Source: Nautiliaceae bacterium | GTDB taxonomy: Bacteria; Campylobacterota; Campylobacteria; Campylobacterales; Nautiliaceae | DNA: 15,502 nucleotides | Direction of reading: 5' to 3' | Assembly: GCA_039831155.1 (NCBI GenBank) | Contig: JBDONT010000040.1 | Location: 1 to 15,502 of the forward strand | In this document: positions 1-10,090 of the stretch, one piece after another | How the letters are laid out: each line of letters opens with the position of its first letter | Position numbering within the stretch: the stretch's first letter is position 1 | Position numbers and translations under genes: made by a program | The notes under the pieces: generated by a model | The model's input: only the letters and a program-made list of their open reading frames with translations | What the model was told of the DNA's origin: nothing | The model's database searches: none

Positions 1-294
1 CTTCTCTTTTATTCTTTTAGCAAGCCTTAAATTAAACGAAGGTGCGTCAATCAATAAAATCTTATCAACTTCACCCGCTAAGTCACTCAGTTTTTCAATA
101 GTCTCTTTTGCAAGTTTAATTTTTGGAATAACATCAAAAAAACCCATTACATTAAATTCATTGCTATCAATTATAGGCTCTCCCAAAGATTTATCAAAAA
201 TTCCCACAATCTCAACACCCTCTAACCTCTTTAAGACCTCTTTTAAATGTAAATTCGCACTCGGCTCAATAGCACTTACTAAAATCTTACTCAA
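1..294 (-). CDS. lpxB: Lipid-A-disaccharide synthase, N-terminal 98 codons (truncated by window edge)
   Basis: Not in ORF track. Hand translation from TTG at 294: MSKILVSAIEPSANLHLKEVLKRL...NVMGFFDVIPKI...ILLIDAPSFNLRLAKRIKEK, showing the LpxB motifs S-A-x-E-x-S-A/G, VMGF and IDxPxFNLxLAK. AAAGG SD at 301-305. Confidence 0.93.
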   Translation of the reverse strand, partial: MSKILVSAIEPSANLHLKEVLKRLEGVEIVGIFDKSLGEPIIDSNEFNVMGFFDVIPKIKLAKETIEKLSDLAGEVDKILLIDAPSFNLRLAKRIKEK

Positions 295-412
295 ACTCGA
301 CCTTTGTTTGATAGATTATCTTTTTTTTAATCTTTTTAGGTTTTATTTTGCACTTTTTCTCTTCTATTTTTCCATCAACAAGCTTTTCTCCGAAATTTCT
401 TGGCATACACAT
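287..412 (-). CDS. Putative small Lys-rich protein, 41 aa (MCMPRNFGEKLVDGKIEEKKCKIKPKKIKKKIIYQTKVEFE)
   Basis: ATG lies 1 nt after the res stop, with AAAGGG upstream as SD. Its stop overlaps the lpxB start by 8 nt, so it exactly fills the res-lpxB gap. Confidence 0.6.
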   Translation of the reverse strand: MCMPRNFGEKLVDGKIEEKKCKIKPKKIKKKIIYQTKVEFE

Positions 413-413
413 A

Positions 414-3302
414 TTAACCCTTTAAAACCGAACTGATAATTTTTTCTATTTTATCTTTTCTTAATTGTTTTTTGAAAATAATTTTTATTTTTTCATTAAA
501 AAACTTTTCTGCCATTTTTATTTTAATTTTTTCTTCAAAAGTTAAATCTTTTTCATCCTTATCTTTTGTTTCTATTACAAAACATACTCTCCTAACTTCA
601 TCTCCTCTTTTTAAAACATAAGCAAAATCCGGGGAATAGCTTTTTCCTCCTATTATAGGAATTCTTATTGAGTTTTTAGGAATTTTTGTAAATACTTCTA
701 TCACATCGTCATTATATTTAATATTTTCTTTTTCCAATTCACTATCATAAAAAAGCTCCTCAAAATAGTAACTCTTAGCAACTTTTTCGCTTGAATAATT
801 AACTCCTATATCAGAAGCATTTATCTCTTTTAGAGGATTTCCGTTTTTATCCGTAAGTTTTGTAGGGTGAATTGAACTTTTAATAAGTTTATAGTTAATC
901 TCAAATTTTTTAAACGAATTTAATAGTAAATACTCATCAAAATAATACTTAATTTTTCTTATGGTTTGATAATTAAGATACTTTGAAATATCCAAAATTT
1001 TATCTTTCTTTAATCTCAAAAACACTTTATGAGCCGTTTTTACATTAATCTTGCATAATTTGCTAACCTCTAAGACAAATTCTTTATAACTTAAATTTTT
1101 AATATCGCTAAACTCTTCTTCCATTCTTTTATTTTCAACATACGCCTCATCTTCTACCACTACCTTTTTAGCTTCAAAATAGACTCTATTTTCTACAAAA
1201 TCATCTCTGTTTTTAAAGAAGCTATAAAAAAGCTCTTCAAATTTTTCCTCACTATCTACTTTTATCTCCATTAAAGCTTTTTGATTTATCTTCTCCCACA
1301 CTTCTTTTAACTTATCATATTTTCCCACTATTACTTTTACTTTTGATTTTACTTTTTTATCTGCTTTTTTAACTTTATTTTCATAAACTCTCTCTTCTTC
1401 AAAAACCAAAGGATACATCTCTTTTAATTTTTTAAGACCGTCATTAATAAATTTTTTATTATCATCAATAATATCATCTAAAATCAACCTAGCAACCAGC
1501 TTTTTTCTATCTTCTTTATAAAGTTTAACAATACCCTCAATCAATTCATCACTAAGTTTATCCAATTTTTCTAAATTAAATAGGTTTGATTCTTCATTTA
1601 TTTCATTAATTAATCTATCTACAAAATCCTCTTCACTAAAATCCACAAAATAGTGCAAGAAAAATTCATCCTTTACCCTAACCCCAAATTCATTAACAGG
1701 AAGCCTAAGCCCTCTTCCAACCTCTTGAAGTTTGGAAATTTCACTTCCACTACTTCTTAACTTACAAATTTGAAAAACATTAGGGTTATCCCACCCTTCT
1801 TTCAAAGTCCATTTAGAAAATATAAATCTTCTAGGATTATTTAAATCCAATAGTTTATCTTTATCGTGTAAAATCTCATTAATCTCTTTTTCAATTTCTT
1901 CATCTTTTGCCTGATTATCTTTTGAAAAATATCCTCCGTGAGTTTTAGAGATATCTTTTAGAGACTTTTCAAGATATTTTTTATAAAACTCATCTTTTGT
2001 ATTTTTAAGATTCTCTTCAATACAACCCTTTATATTCTCTTCAACAATTTTTCTTAATTTCCCGTTTTCATCTCTATACTCATCAATATTATCAATAAAA
2101 AACAGAGTTAAAGGTTTAATTTTAGGTTTTCCCTCTAAGTTTCTCCCTTCTATCAGCTCTTTTTCTATTTTAAAATGATTTTTTATAGCTTTTCTTATCA
2201 TCATCTCTTCAATAGTCTCACTAAAAGAGTATGGATTAAATTTATCTTTCTTTTTCAAAATCATTCCATTAGAGAGTAATAATTCACTTTTATTCATCTT
2301 TTCAATAAAAAGCCCCTCTATTTCCGGATGAATAATTCCCAAACTATCCTTTACTCCTAACTTAAAACTCTTTTTTTTACCTTCTTTTAAAACAAAAGTA
2401 GCCTCTTTCCCATCTAAATTTATAAGCTCAACCAATGCATTTTTGCCACTCTCGTTTTTTTCAATATATCCAATTACCCCTTTTACCAAATTATCATTAA
2501 AAGCCCTTGCCGCCGTAAGAGTGTATATTAAATTTTCAAATTTTTTATTTCCCTTTTTATCCTCATCAAAAGTAGCACCAAACCTTAAAATAAATTGAGG
2601 ATTAAGCTTTTGGATATTTTTCCACGTTTTATTATCTTTTTTAAACCTATGAGGCTCATCAATTATAACAACCGGATTAATTGACGCTATCGCATCAAAA
2701 GGGTTTGTAAATTTATTAAAAAGAGTTCTATCATAATTTTTTGAGAGGGTATCTGAATTTAACATCCCTTGATTTATAAGCAAAACTTCAATAGTATTTT
2801 TACTTTTCCTAGCCTCTACAAACGATTTAATACTTGTGGGCATATACTCTTTTTTATTTTTATTTTTTTTGCTCTCAACTACATATAAATTTATAGTTTT
2901 TTGATACTCATCCTTAAAATGCTCCCTTGCACTCTCATTCAAAATAAAATTAACCGCCCCAGCCTTAATTGACAAACTCGGCACAATTACTACAAACTTA
3001 TTTATTCCATAAAATCTATTTAGTTCAAACATCGCCTTTGTATAGGTATAAGTTTTACCGGTTCCCGTTTCCATCATAATATCAATTACATTGCTTTTTA
3101 TTGGCTTTAATTTTATTTCGTTTTTGTGCATTAAATTTTCAATATTTTTAAGATAAATCAATGAATTTATATCAATAGTAGGATTTACATAGTCTTTTAA
3201 ATAACTTTTTTCATACCTTATTTCTAAATCTTTAAACACTTCCACAATCGCTTCAACCGCTCTTGTTTGATGAGACAAATTTCTCTCAAATACAAACTTC
3301 AT
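414..3302 (-). CDS. res: Type III restriction enzyme Res subunit (EcoP1I/EcoP15I-like)
   Basis: SF2 helicase motifs METGTGKT, DEPH, FGATF, TLKEGWDNPN and QEVGRGLR; C-terminal PD-(D/E)xK nuclease SYSPDF...VIETK; directly downstream of mod. Confidence 0.96.
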   Translation of the reverse strand: MKFVFERNLSHQTRAVEAIVEVFKDLEIRYEKSYLKDYVNPTIDINSLIYLKNIENLMHKNEIKLKPIKSNVIDIMMETGTGKTYTYTKAMFELNRFYGINKFVVIVPSLSIKAGAVNFILNESAREHFKDEYQKTINLYVVESKKNKNKKEYMPTSIKSFVEARKSKNTIEVLLINQGMLNSDTLSKNYDRTLFNKFTNPFDAIASINPVVIIDEPHRFKKDNKTWKNIQKLNPQFILRFGATFDEDKKGNKKFENLIYTLTAARAFNDNLVKGVIGYIEKNESGKNALVELINLDGKEATFVLKEGKKKSFKLGVKDSLGIIHPEIEGLFIEKMNKSELLLSNGMILKKKDKFNPYSFSETIEEMMIRKAIKNHFKIEKELIEGRNLEGKPKIKPLTLFFIDNIDEYRDENGKLRKIVEENIKGCIEENLKNTKDEFYKKYLEKSLKDISKTHGGYFSKDNQAKDEEIEKEINEILHDKDKLLDLNNPRRFIFSKWTLKEGWDNPNVFQICKLRSSGSEISKLQEVGRGLRLPVNEFGVRVKDEFFLHYFVDFSEEDFVDRLINEINEESNLFNLEKLDKLSDELIEGIVKLYKEDRKKLVARLILDDIIDDNKKFINDGLKKLKEMYPLVFEEERVYENKVKKADKKVKSKVKVIVGKYDKLKEVWEKINQKALMEIKVDSEEKFEELFYSFFKNRDDFVENRVYFEAKKVVVEDEAYVENKRMEEEFSDIKNLSYKEFVLEVSKLCKINVKTAHKVFLRLKKDKILDISKYLNYQTIRKIKYYFDEYLLLNSFKKFEINYKLIKSSIHPTKLTDKNGNPLKEINASDIGVNYSSEKVAKSYYFEELFYDSELEKENIKYNDDVIEVFTKIPKNSIRIPIIGGKSYSPDFAYVLKRGDEVRRVCFVIETKDKDEKDLTFEEKIKIKMAEKFFNEKIKIIFKKQLRKDKIEKIISSVLKG

Positions 3303-3303
3303 C

Positions 3304-5247
3304 TTAATACCTTACTATAAGCTCAATTTTATCTAAATCTTTTTTATTGTAGTTATTAATACTCTCATAAATCTCTCTTTGAGTTTTACTATCAAAAACA
3401 TACCCATTAATTACAATTTTAGAAGGTAAAAACTCACTATCTTTATCAATTCTTTCTAAAATCGCCGCTAAATTATCAAGCCTAAACCCACCATCTACCA
3501 AGTAAAGCTTATTTTCCAAATAATACCCCTTATACCCGTTAAAATCTATCTCTTTTAAATCTTTATGAAGTTTTATCCCATCAAAAACTTTCCACGTAGT
3601 AAGAAGTGCATTTTTATCGGTAATTTCTCTAAACAAATCAACATCTTCAAGCTCTTCTATATCTTTTAAATTCTCTTCTGGCATAGGAATAGTCTCAAAC
3701 TCTTTAAATCCTAAATCAATTTTATCAATCCACTCTTTATCTTTGTTTTCTTCTTTTATTTTTTTAGCCGCTCTTATGAGTCTCTCTTTTGTAATATCAA
3801 AAATAGTAGGATTTTCTATTTTCAATTCATTTTTTACAAAATCGTATGCCGTTTTGCTTTTTTTAGGGTCAATTGGCTCTGGGAGTTGAACTAAAATAAA
3901 CTTTCTATCTCCTCCATCCTCTGCATTAAGCTGCATTACTGCATCGCCAGTAGTGCCAGAACCGGCGAAGAAGTCTAAAACATATTCATCACCCACATTT
4001 CCAAGCCTAACAAAATCTTTAATAAGCTCAATAGGTTTTGAATAATCAAATACTTTCTCATTAAATAGTTTTTTTATATAAGCATTTGAATTTGCCATTG
4101 AGTATTTTGGGGAATAAAAAGTCGTTTTCCCTCTTTTTGAAGGTAAATCCCCAAGAGAGGGTCTTTGTTTTTTGTATAAACTAAACCCATCCCTTGTCTT
4201 TTTTACAATTACTTCATCTTTATCTCTTAAAAACTTCTCTTTACTCCAATACCAACTCATCTCTTTACCATCTGTAATAGGCAATAATTCATAATCATAC
4301 CCATCCTTTTTTTCTAAGGAAAAATCTAAACTCTCTTTATTTATATAAATTGGAAAAAACAAATTTGGTCTCTTTTCTCGTGGAGCATTAACTCCCGTTG
4401 CTTTTAAACTTCCCCCTTCTTTATAATAACCTTTCTTATCTATCTGCCACTTTTCTAACTCTTTTTCATCATCAATTGGCAAAACCCCAAATTCAAAATT
4501 ATCTTTGTTTTTTGCATAAATCAAACAATACTCGTGAGTTTCCATCATCCCTGAACTATTATCGTTACCATTTAAATTATTTACAATTGTTAATTGATAC
4601 AAAAAATTCTCCTCCCCAAAAATCTCATCCATCAAGAGTCTAAGTTGAGCGACTTCATTATCATCAATACTTACAAAAATAACCCCGTCATCTTTTAAAA
4701 GTCTTCTTGCAATATAAAGCCTTGGATACATAAAGGTAAGCCAAGCACTGTGAGAATTGCTTTTGCTATTTACAAAATCCAAAATTCTTTTTGCCTTCTC
4801 TATGTCAATTCCGGCCAATTTAGAGAGTTCATCTGGGGTAAATTTTATGTCATCCTCATACACAAACCCGTCATTTCCGGTATTATAAGGAGGGTCAATA
4901 TAAATCATTTTAACATCTCTCTCATAAGCATTGACTAGATGCTTTAAAACTTCTAAATTATCACCTTTTATTAAAACATTTTGAGAATTGTTATTTTTTG
5001 CATTCCACTCTTTATTTTCTCTTAGAAGTGTTCTAACCGGCTCATTTGCCAAAACTTTTGCGTAGCTTTTCCCAAGCCATTCAAGAGAATAAGTCTCTTT
5101 TGATATATCGGTTTGGTTTTGAATATCCTCTTTAAACTTCTCAATTAAAAATTTTCCCTCTTTATCAAAATACTCTGGAAAAAGTTTTTTAAGTTCTTCA
5201 ATCTTTGAAGGGATACCAATTTCACTTAACTTCTCTTTTTTCATCAA
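3304..5247 (-). CDS. mod: Type III RM N6-adenine methyltransferase Mod subunit (EcoP15I-like)
   Basis: Motif IV DPPY before motif I DFFAGSGTT (beta class), with a variable TRD between them; family segments WLGKSYA, GDNLEVLKHL and SHSAWLTFMYPRL. Start could be 5247 or the next ATG at 5244. Confidence 0.96.
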   Translation of the reverse strand: MMKKEKLSEIGIPSKIEELKKLFPEYFDKEGKFLIEKFKEDIQNQTDISKETYSLEWLGKSYAKVLANEPVRTLLRENKEWNAKNNNSQNVLIKGDNLEVLKHLVNAYERDVKMIYIDPPYNTGNDGFVYEDDIKFTPDELSKLAGIDIEKAKRILDFVNSKSNSHSAWLTFMYPRLYIARRLLKDDGVIFVSIDDNEVAQLRLLMDEIFGEENFLYQLTIVNNLNGNDNSSGMMETHEYCLIYAKNKDNFEFGVLPIDDEKELEKWQIDKKGYYKEGGSLKATGVNAPREKRPNLFFPIYINKESLDFSLEKKDGYDYELLPITDGKEMSWYWSKEKFLRDKDEVIVKKTRDGFSLYKKQRPSLGDLPSKRGKTTFYSPKYSMANSNAYIKKLFNEKVFDYSKPIELIKDFVRLGNVGDEYVLDFFAGSGTTGDAVMQLNAEDGGDRKFILVQLPEPIDPKKSKTAYDFVKNELKIENPTIFDITKERLIRAAKKIKEENKDKEWIDKIDLGFKEFETIPMPEENLKDIEELEDVDLFREITDKNALLTTWKVFDGIKLHKDLKEIDFNGYKGYYLENKLYLVDGGFRLDNLAAILERIDKDSEFLPSKIVINGYVFDSKTQREIYESINNYNKKDLDKIELIVRY

Positions 5248-7865
5248 ACCTCCTTAAACTCTCTCTCATCAACATAAAAAAGTTTTCCCCTTGCTTTTTT
5301 ACCGGTAATCTTTTCAACTGCCTCTATATATCCTCTAACCTGCTTAATATAAGCCCTCTCATCGTGTGGGCGGGTTGATTTATAATCAATAATAACTATT
5401 TCTTCTCCTTCAACTAGTAAATCAATTCTACCAACATTCCCCTTAAAAATAAAAGGCACCTCTTTTTTGCCATTTGGAATAAGTGGTTTTGCTTTTTCTA
5501 CTTTTTCTTTTACTTCATCAATATCGCAAAAATCCCCATACCTGTTTCTAACCGCCTCAATATCTCCACATTCAAAAGCGTAGTGAATTGCATTTCCAAG
5601 ATAAATTGCTTCAAAATCGTTTGGCTTATACTCCTCTTCTTTTACTTTAAGCTCTTGTTTTCCATAATTTTGAATTTCAACCTCCACCTCTTCTTCGAAA
5701 GAGTGCTTATTATCTTGACTAGGGATAACCCCTCCTATTATGCACTTTTCAAGAGTACTTACAAAAGCAGACTTACTTTCTCCTTTTTTCGTAACTTCGG
5801 CTCTTTTTAAAATAATCAAAGAGTTTTCAGCCCTTGTAAACGCCACATATTCTAAATTTTTTTTATCTTCTATTTCAAGTTCTTTTTCTTTATCAACAAT
5901 CTTTTTATACTCCTCATCCACAAACTCTCTGTTCTTAAATTTCAGCTTCATTTTTTTTAATTTTGCATCCTCGTAATAAAAAACGATATTTCCTTTTTTA
6001 TTGTTTTCTCTTGATAGTCTATCAAGGACTATAGTATGTTTAAATTCAAGCCCTTTACTTTTGTGAATAGTCATAACTACTATTCCATCAAACTCTTTTA
6101 AAGGCATCTCCTCATCCCACTCGTCTATTTTATCCACAAAATCCACCAACGTATCATACTTTCTTGAATGATACAAAAGCCTAAGAGTAGATTCATCCGT
6201 TAAATCGAATTTATCCATAATCTCTTTTATCATCAAAAGAGGTCTTTTAATTTGAATATCAACCTCCACTTCACCCCATTTTTTACCTATTAACGATAAA
6301 AAATTTAAAAGTTCTATCTTATCGGTATTGTTATTTAAATATTTCATCAAAGAAATAACGGCCTTAGCGTTTGGCTGGGAGATTACTTTTTTGGTTTTAG
6401 TCGTAATTACTTTTTTACCTTTTGATTTAAAAAAATCCCCCACATCCAAAATATCATCGTTTTTATGCACCAATACCGCAATATCACTTTCTTTAACTCC
6501 GTTTTTAATTAAAAATTCTATCTTCTCATAAAGTTTATCAAACATCTCTTCTTTTGTGGCTTCATCAACCTCAACATACCCTCTCTCTTTCCTATGGGCT
6601 TTTTCTTTCAAATTAAACTTTTCATTTACAAATTCAACTATATTCTTAGCACTCCTGTAATTAACGTTTAACTCTTCCACCTCAAGCCCGTAAGGCTTAT
6701 ACTTTAAAGCCACCTTCTCAAAAAGCTCCTTTTCTCCTCCTCTAAACCTATAAATCGCCTGCTTTATATCTCCCACATAAAAAAAACTTCTAAATTCACG
6801 CCTTCCTATCCCACTTGCAATTTCCGTAACAATAGGCTCGAATATCTCCCACTGGGTAACGGAAGTGTCTTGAAATTCGTCAAGTAAGATATGATTCATT
6901 TTACTATCAAGCCTAAAATACAAAAACTCTTTATCAAGTTTTTCTCTTAAAAGTTCATACACCAAATGTTCTATATCCTTAAAATCAAGTCTATTTTCGT
7001 CTTTTTTTAAGTTCCATTTAATCTCTTTATATTTATTGTAAAACTTAAATAAAGATTCAAAAAACGAATATTCGACATAATTAAAATAGTCTTTAAAATA
7101 GTTTTGAATAACAACTAAACATTCATCAAACCACTCTTCATAAATCTTCTTAAAATGCCAGTAATTAAGACTTTCTTTGCAAAACCACCCGCTCTTATAA
7201 GCATCATAAAACTCTATATTAAAAGTACCTTTTGCCTGTTTACTGGCTGAAGAATTTAAAATAAAATCCTTTAATCTCAAAAAAGCTTTTTTAGCTTTTT
7301 TATCATCCGGCTTTGAAAAAGGTGTGAGAGTGATGTTTTTTAGTTCTTTATCTTTTTCGTATAATATCTCAAACAACTCAACCAAATTATAAAAATTATT
7401 CTCCCTCTTTGCCACGTCTATAAGCTCTAAAAACTCCCTGTCTTTTAGAGTGTTTAAAAATTTACTAAAAACAACCTCCCTATCGATTCCCCCTATATCA
7501 AACCCACTCCTAACCCCGGCAAAATAGCTAAATTTCCTAAGAATCTTATTAATAAAAGAGTCTATCGTCTGAATATTAATATCGCTGTTTAAAAAAGCCC
7601 TTAAGAGTCTGTTTTTCTTTTCTAAAAGCTCTCCTTTTGAGATATTAAGCTCACTACAAACCATATTCAAAACATTCTCATCATTTCCAAGCTCTTTTAA
7701 AAACTTAACGATTCTCTCTTTCATTTCGTTACTTGCTTTATTCGTAAACGTAATTGCTATAATATTTACCGGATTATCCACACTAAGAAGAGAAATATAT
7801 CTGTTTGCCAGCCTAAACGTCTTACCACTTCCCGCACTCGCCTTAACTGCTAAAAGCCTTTTCAT
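5244..7865 (-). CDS. addA: AddA (RecB-like) helicase-nuclease
   Basis: UvrD-type motifs ASAGSGKT, TFTNKA, DEFQDT, VGDIKQAIYRFRG, TIHKSKGLEF and YVAFTRA; C-terminal nuclease GRIDLL...IIDYKS. Confidence 0.95.
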   Translation of the reverse strand: MKRLLAVKASAGSGKTFRLANRYISLLSVDNPVNIIAITFTNKASNEMKERIVKFLKELGNDENVLNMVCSELNISKGELLEKKNRLLRAFLNSDINIQTIDSFINKILRKFSYFAGVRSGFDIGGIDREVVFSKFLNTLKDREFLELIDVAKRENNFYNLVELFEILYEKDKELKNITLTPFSKPDDKKAKKAFLRLKDFILNSSASKQAKGTFNIEFYDAYKSGWFCKESLNYWHFKKIYEEWFDECLVVIQNYFKDYFNYVEYSFFESLFKFYNKYKEIKWNLKKDENRLDFKDIEHLVYELLREKLDKEFLYFRLDSKMNHILLDEFQDTSVTQWEIFEPIVTEIASGIGRREFRSFFYVGDIKQAIYRFRGGEKELFEKVALKYKPYGLEVEELNVNYRSAKNIVEFVNEKFNLKEKAHRKERGYVEVDEATKEEMFDKLYEKIEFLIKNGVKESDIAVLVHKNDDILDVGDFFKSKGKKVITTKTKKVISQPNAKAVISLMKYLNNNTDKIELLNFLSLIGKKWGEVEVDIQIKRPLLMIKEIMDKFDLTDESTLRLLYHSRKYDTLVDFVDKIDEWDEEMPLKEFDGIVVMTIHKSKGLEFKHTIVLDRLSRENNKKGNIVFYYEDAKLKKMKLKFKNREFVDEEYKKIVDKEKELEIEDKKNLEYVAFTRAENSLIILKRAEVTKKGESKSAFVSTLEKCIIGGVIPSQDNKHSFEEEVEVEIQNYGKQELKVKEEEYKPNDFEAIYLGNAIHYAFECGDIEAVRNRYGDFCDIDEVKEKVEKAKPLIPNGKKEVPFIFKGNVGRIDLLVEGEEIVIIDYKSTRPHDERAYIKQVRGYIEAVEKITGKKARGKLFYVDEREFKEV

Positions 7866-10090
7866 TCATCCCTCCCACACGCTACTTTATAATCACAAAA
7901 CCTGCAAATTTCACTAGCTTTTTTAATTTTTTCTTTACCGTCAACCTCATAAACTATATCCGAAGCTTCTTTTACTTTTTTAGGAAGAGAATTTAAAACC
8001 TCTTTTAACTCTTTTAACTTTATTACGCCTTTTTCTTTTTTCGTTTCTTTAATATCCCAAATAACGATTTCAATCTCTTTATTAGGAAAATGCTTTTTAG
8101 CTAAAAGGTAATAAAAGGTAGTCTGAAAATCGTTAATATACTCCTCATTTTTTTTGCTCTCTTTTGAGGTTTTATAATCGATAAACACAACCTTTTTATC
8201 AAATACGTCAACTCTGTCGACTTTCGCCTTTAAAAGAACCCCTTCAAACTCCACTTCAAATCTTTTCTCAACCAAATTAAAAGCCGTCTTCATCTCATCA
8301 AAGTCTTTTTCACAAAAAGCTTTAATCTTATCGCTCCATTTAGCCAAAACTTCAAACAAAAGTTTTTTATCGCTTATTCTGCTTACCATTTCTTGAATTA
8401 TCTTATTATAATACGCCCCGGAAGTAGAGATTTTATCTTTTTGTTTGATACTCTCTTCTACCGCTTTATGAAAAAGATTACCGAAAAACTCTTCATCCTT
8501 TTTACTCTCAATCTCTAAAACGTAACTGAAATAATACTTCTTAGGACATTCCAAAAGCGTTTTTAAAGTAGTCGGATAAATAGGATACTTTACTTCAAAC
8601 TCTTCATCATACACCGTCAAATCAAAACTGTTTTCTTTAAAAAAGTTATATTTTTTAGCCTCTTTTCCCTCAAATCCAAGTTCATATAAAAACCTACTCT
8701 CACTCATATCATCGTTTTTTACGTAAGAAATGGCAACCTTTTTAGCTTTGTTGATAAGCTGATAATAGTAGTGCTTTTGTAAATTTTCTTTATCGAATCT
8801 GGTAGGGAGTTTTGCGTTTTTTCGTATGAAGGTATTTAAAAACATGTCACTATCTTTTACCCTAGGGACAAACTCGTCATTAAAATCAATCATTATAACT
8901 CCCTCAAACTCCATCCCCCTACTCTCAAGAACCCCCATACAGGTAATTTTTCCACTATAAACGTCATCAAAGCTAAGTTCTTTTAATCTCTCAAGTACAA
9001 AATACAAAAACTCCCTTTTATCCTTAAACATCTCCTTAAAAGCTTCCAACTTAAAAAGCTCTTCATCCACAACTTTTAACTCTTTTTCAGAAGCGTTGTT
9101 TCTTATAAACTCTATTACATCGCTTTTATCAAACTCTTCAATCACATCCTCACATTTCTTAAGTGCTTTTTCATCTCCCGTTAAATATTCGTAAATAGAT
9201 TTTAGCTTTATATAAATAGGAGCGTTACTAAAGCTCTCACCCATAGCAAAGTTTAAATTCTCTTTTTCGTCAAAGAGTTTAATAATTTCGCTAAAATTTT
9301 CATCCGGTAAAATAACTACAATATTTTCGGGTTTAATTCCACTTTCTACAAACTCTTTTATCTTAGCGAAAATAAACCCAATCTCTCCCATTCTGTCACT
9401 AAAGTGTTCTACTTCAATTTCCGGATTTTTATAATTAAAGTCTCTTCTTATAAGCTTTTTATTATGAAAATCAAACTCAAACTTCCCATCTTTTACACTA
9501 ATTTGCAAAGATTTTTCAATTAAATTTTTATTAAACTCATCAGCTTCAAAATAAATTTTTATAGGCAAATCTATTTTACTTAAAACCTCAATATCAAATT
9601 TACTCAAATACCCGTCAAGCCTAAGTTCAATTTCATCAATTCCTTCCAAAAGCCCCTTATTTATCCTAAAATCCTCTATCAAAAATCTATCAATATATCC
9701 GTTTTTGGCTAAAATCTCCTTATAGTTTTTATAAATCTCTTCCAAAATAGCCAAATGTTCGTCAAAATCAAGATAAATATCATTCATTCTAACTTCATTT
9801 ATATCTACTCTTTCTAAAAAAAGCTCATTAAAAAAATCAAATATAAAATCACTATCCTCAAAAAAAGCTAAAAACTCTTTGCTAATACCCAGTTTTTCTA
9901 CATCTACATTTTTTATAGCTTCAAAAAGATACTTCTTCCTCAAATCCTTATCTATAAATTTAACCCCATCAACCACTACGATTTTGTCAAAAAATTCCCC
10001 TATACTCATATATTTATCTAAAAATCGGTTATCTTTATCTTCAAGCCAATTTCTTATCTGACGCCGGGTTGTAAAGACTTTAAGTTTCAT
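7862..10090 (-). CDS. addB: AddB nuclease subunit with Fe-S staple
   Basis: Degenerate helicase region (MGVLESRG), nuclease KVDRVD...IDYKT, cysteines ECPKKYYF plus CRFCDYKVAC; 4-nt overlap with addA. Confidence 0.92.
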   Translation of the reverse strand: MKLKVFTTRRQIRNWLEDKDNRFLDKYMSIGEFFDKIVVVDGVKFIDKDLRKKYLFEAIKNVDVEKLGISKEFLAFFEDSDFIFDFFNELFLERVDINEVRMNDIYLDFDEHLAILEEIYKNYKEILAKNGYIDRFLIEDFRINKGLLEGIDEIELRLDGYLSKFDIEVLSKIDLPIKIYFEADEFNKNLIEKSLQISVKDGKFEFDFHNKKLIRRDFNYKNPEIEVEHFSDRMGEIGFIFAKIKEFVESGIKPENIVVILPDENFSEIIKLFDEKENLNFAMGESFSNAPIYIKLKSIYEYLTGDEKALKKCEDVIEEFDKSDVIEFIRNNASEKELKVVDEELFKLEAFKEMFKDKREFLYFVLERLKELSFDDVYSGKITCMGVLESRGMEFEGVIMIDFNDEFVPRVKDSDMFLNTFIRKNAKLPTRFDKENLQKHYYYQLINKAKKVAISYVKNDDMSESRFLYELGFEGKEAKKYNFFKENSFDLTVYDEEFEVKYPIYPTTLKTLLECPKKYYFSYVLEIESKKDEEFFGNLFHKAVEESIKQKDKISTSGAYYNKIIQEMVSRISDKKLLFEVLAKWSDKIKAFCEKDFDEMKTAFNLVEKRFEVEFEGVLLKAKVDRVDVFDKKVVFIDYKTSKESKKNEEYINDFQTTFYYLLAKKHFPNKEIEIVIWDIKETKKEKGVIKLKELKEVLNSLPKKVKEASDIVYEVDGKEKIKKASEICRFCDYKVACGRDE

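Noticed and set aside
161-436. 91-aa plus-strand ORF
   Set aside because: Antisense shadow of lpxB and the 41-aa ORF; Phe/Leu-rich because of T-runs.
414-5247. Phase variation of mod/res
   Set aside because: No tandem tetra- or pentanucleotide repeats or long G tracts; A7-A8 runs are background here and both frames are intact.
4398-10061. Short plus-strand ORFs at 4398, 4750, 5583, 5740, 6328 and 9879
   Set aside because: Antisense to well-supported mod, addA and addB; no motifs.
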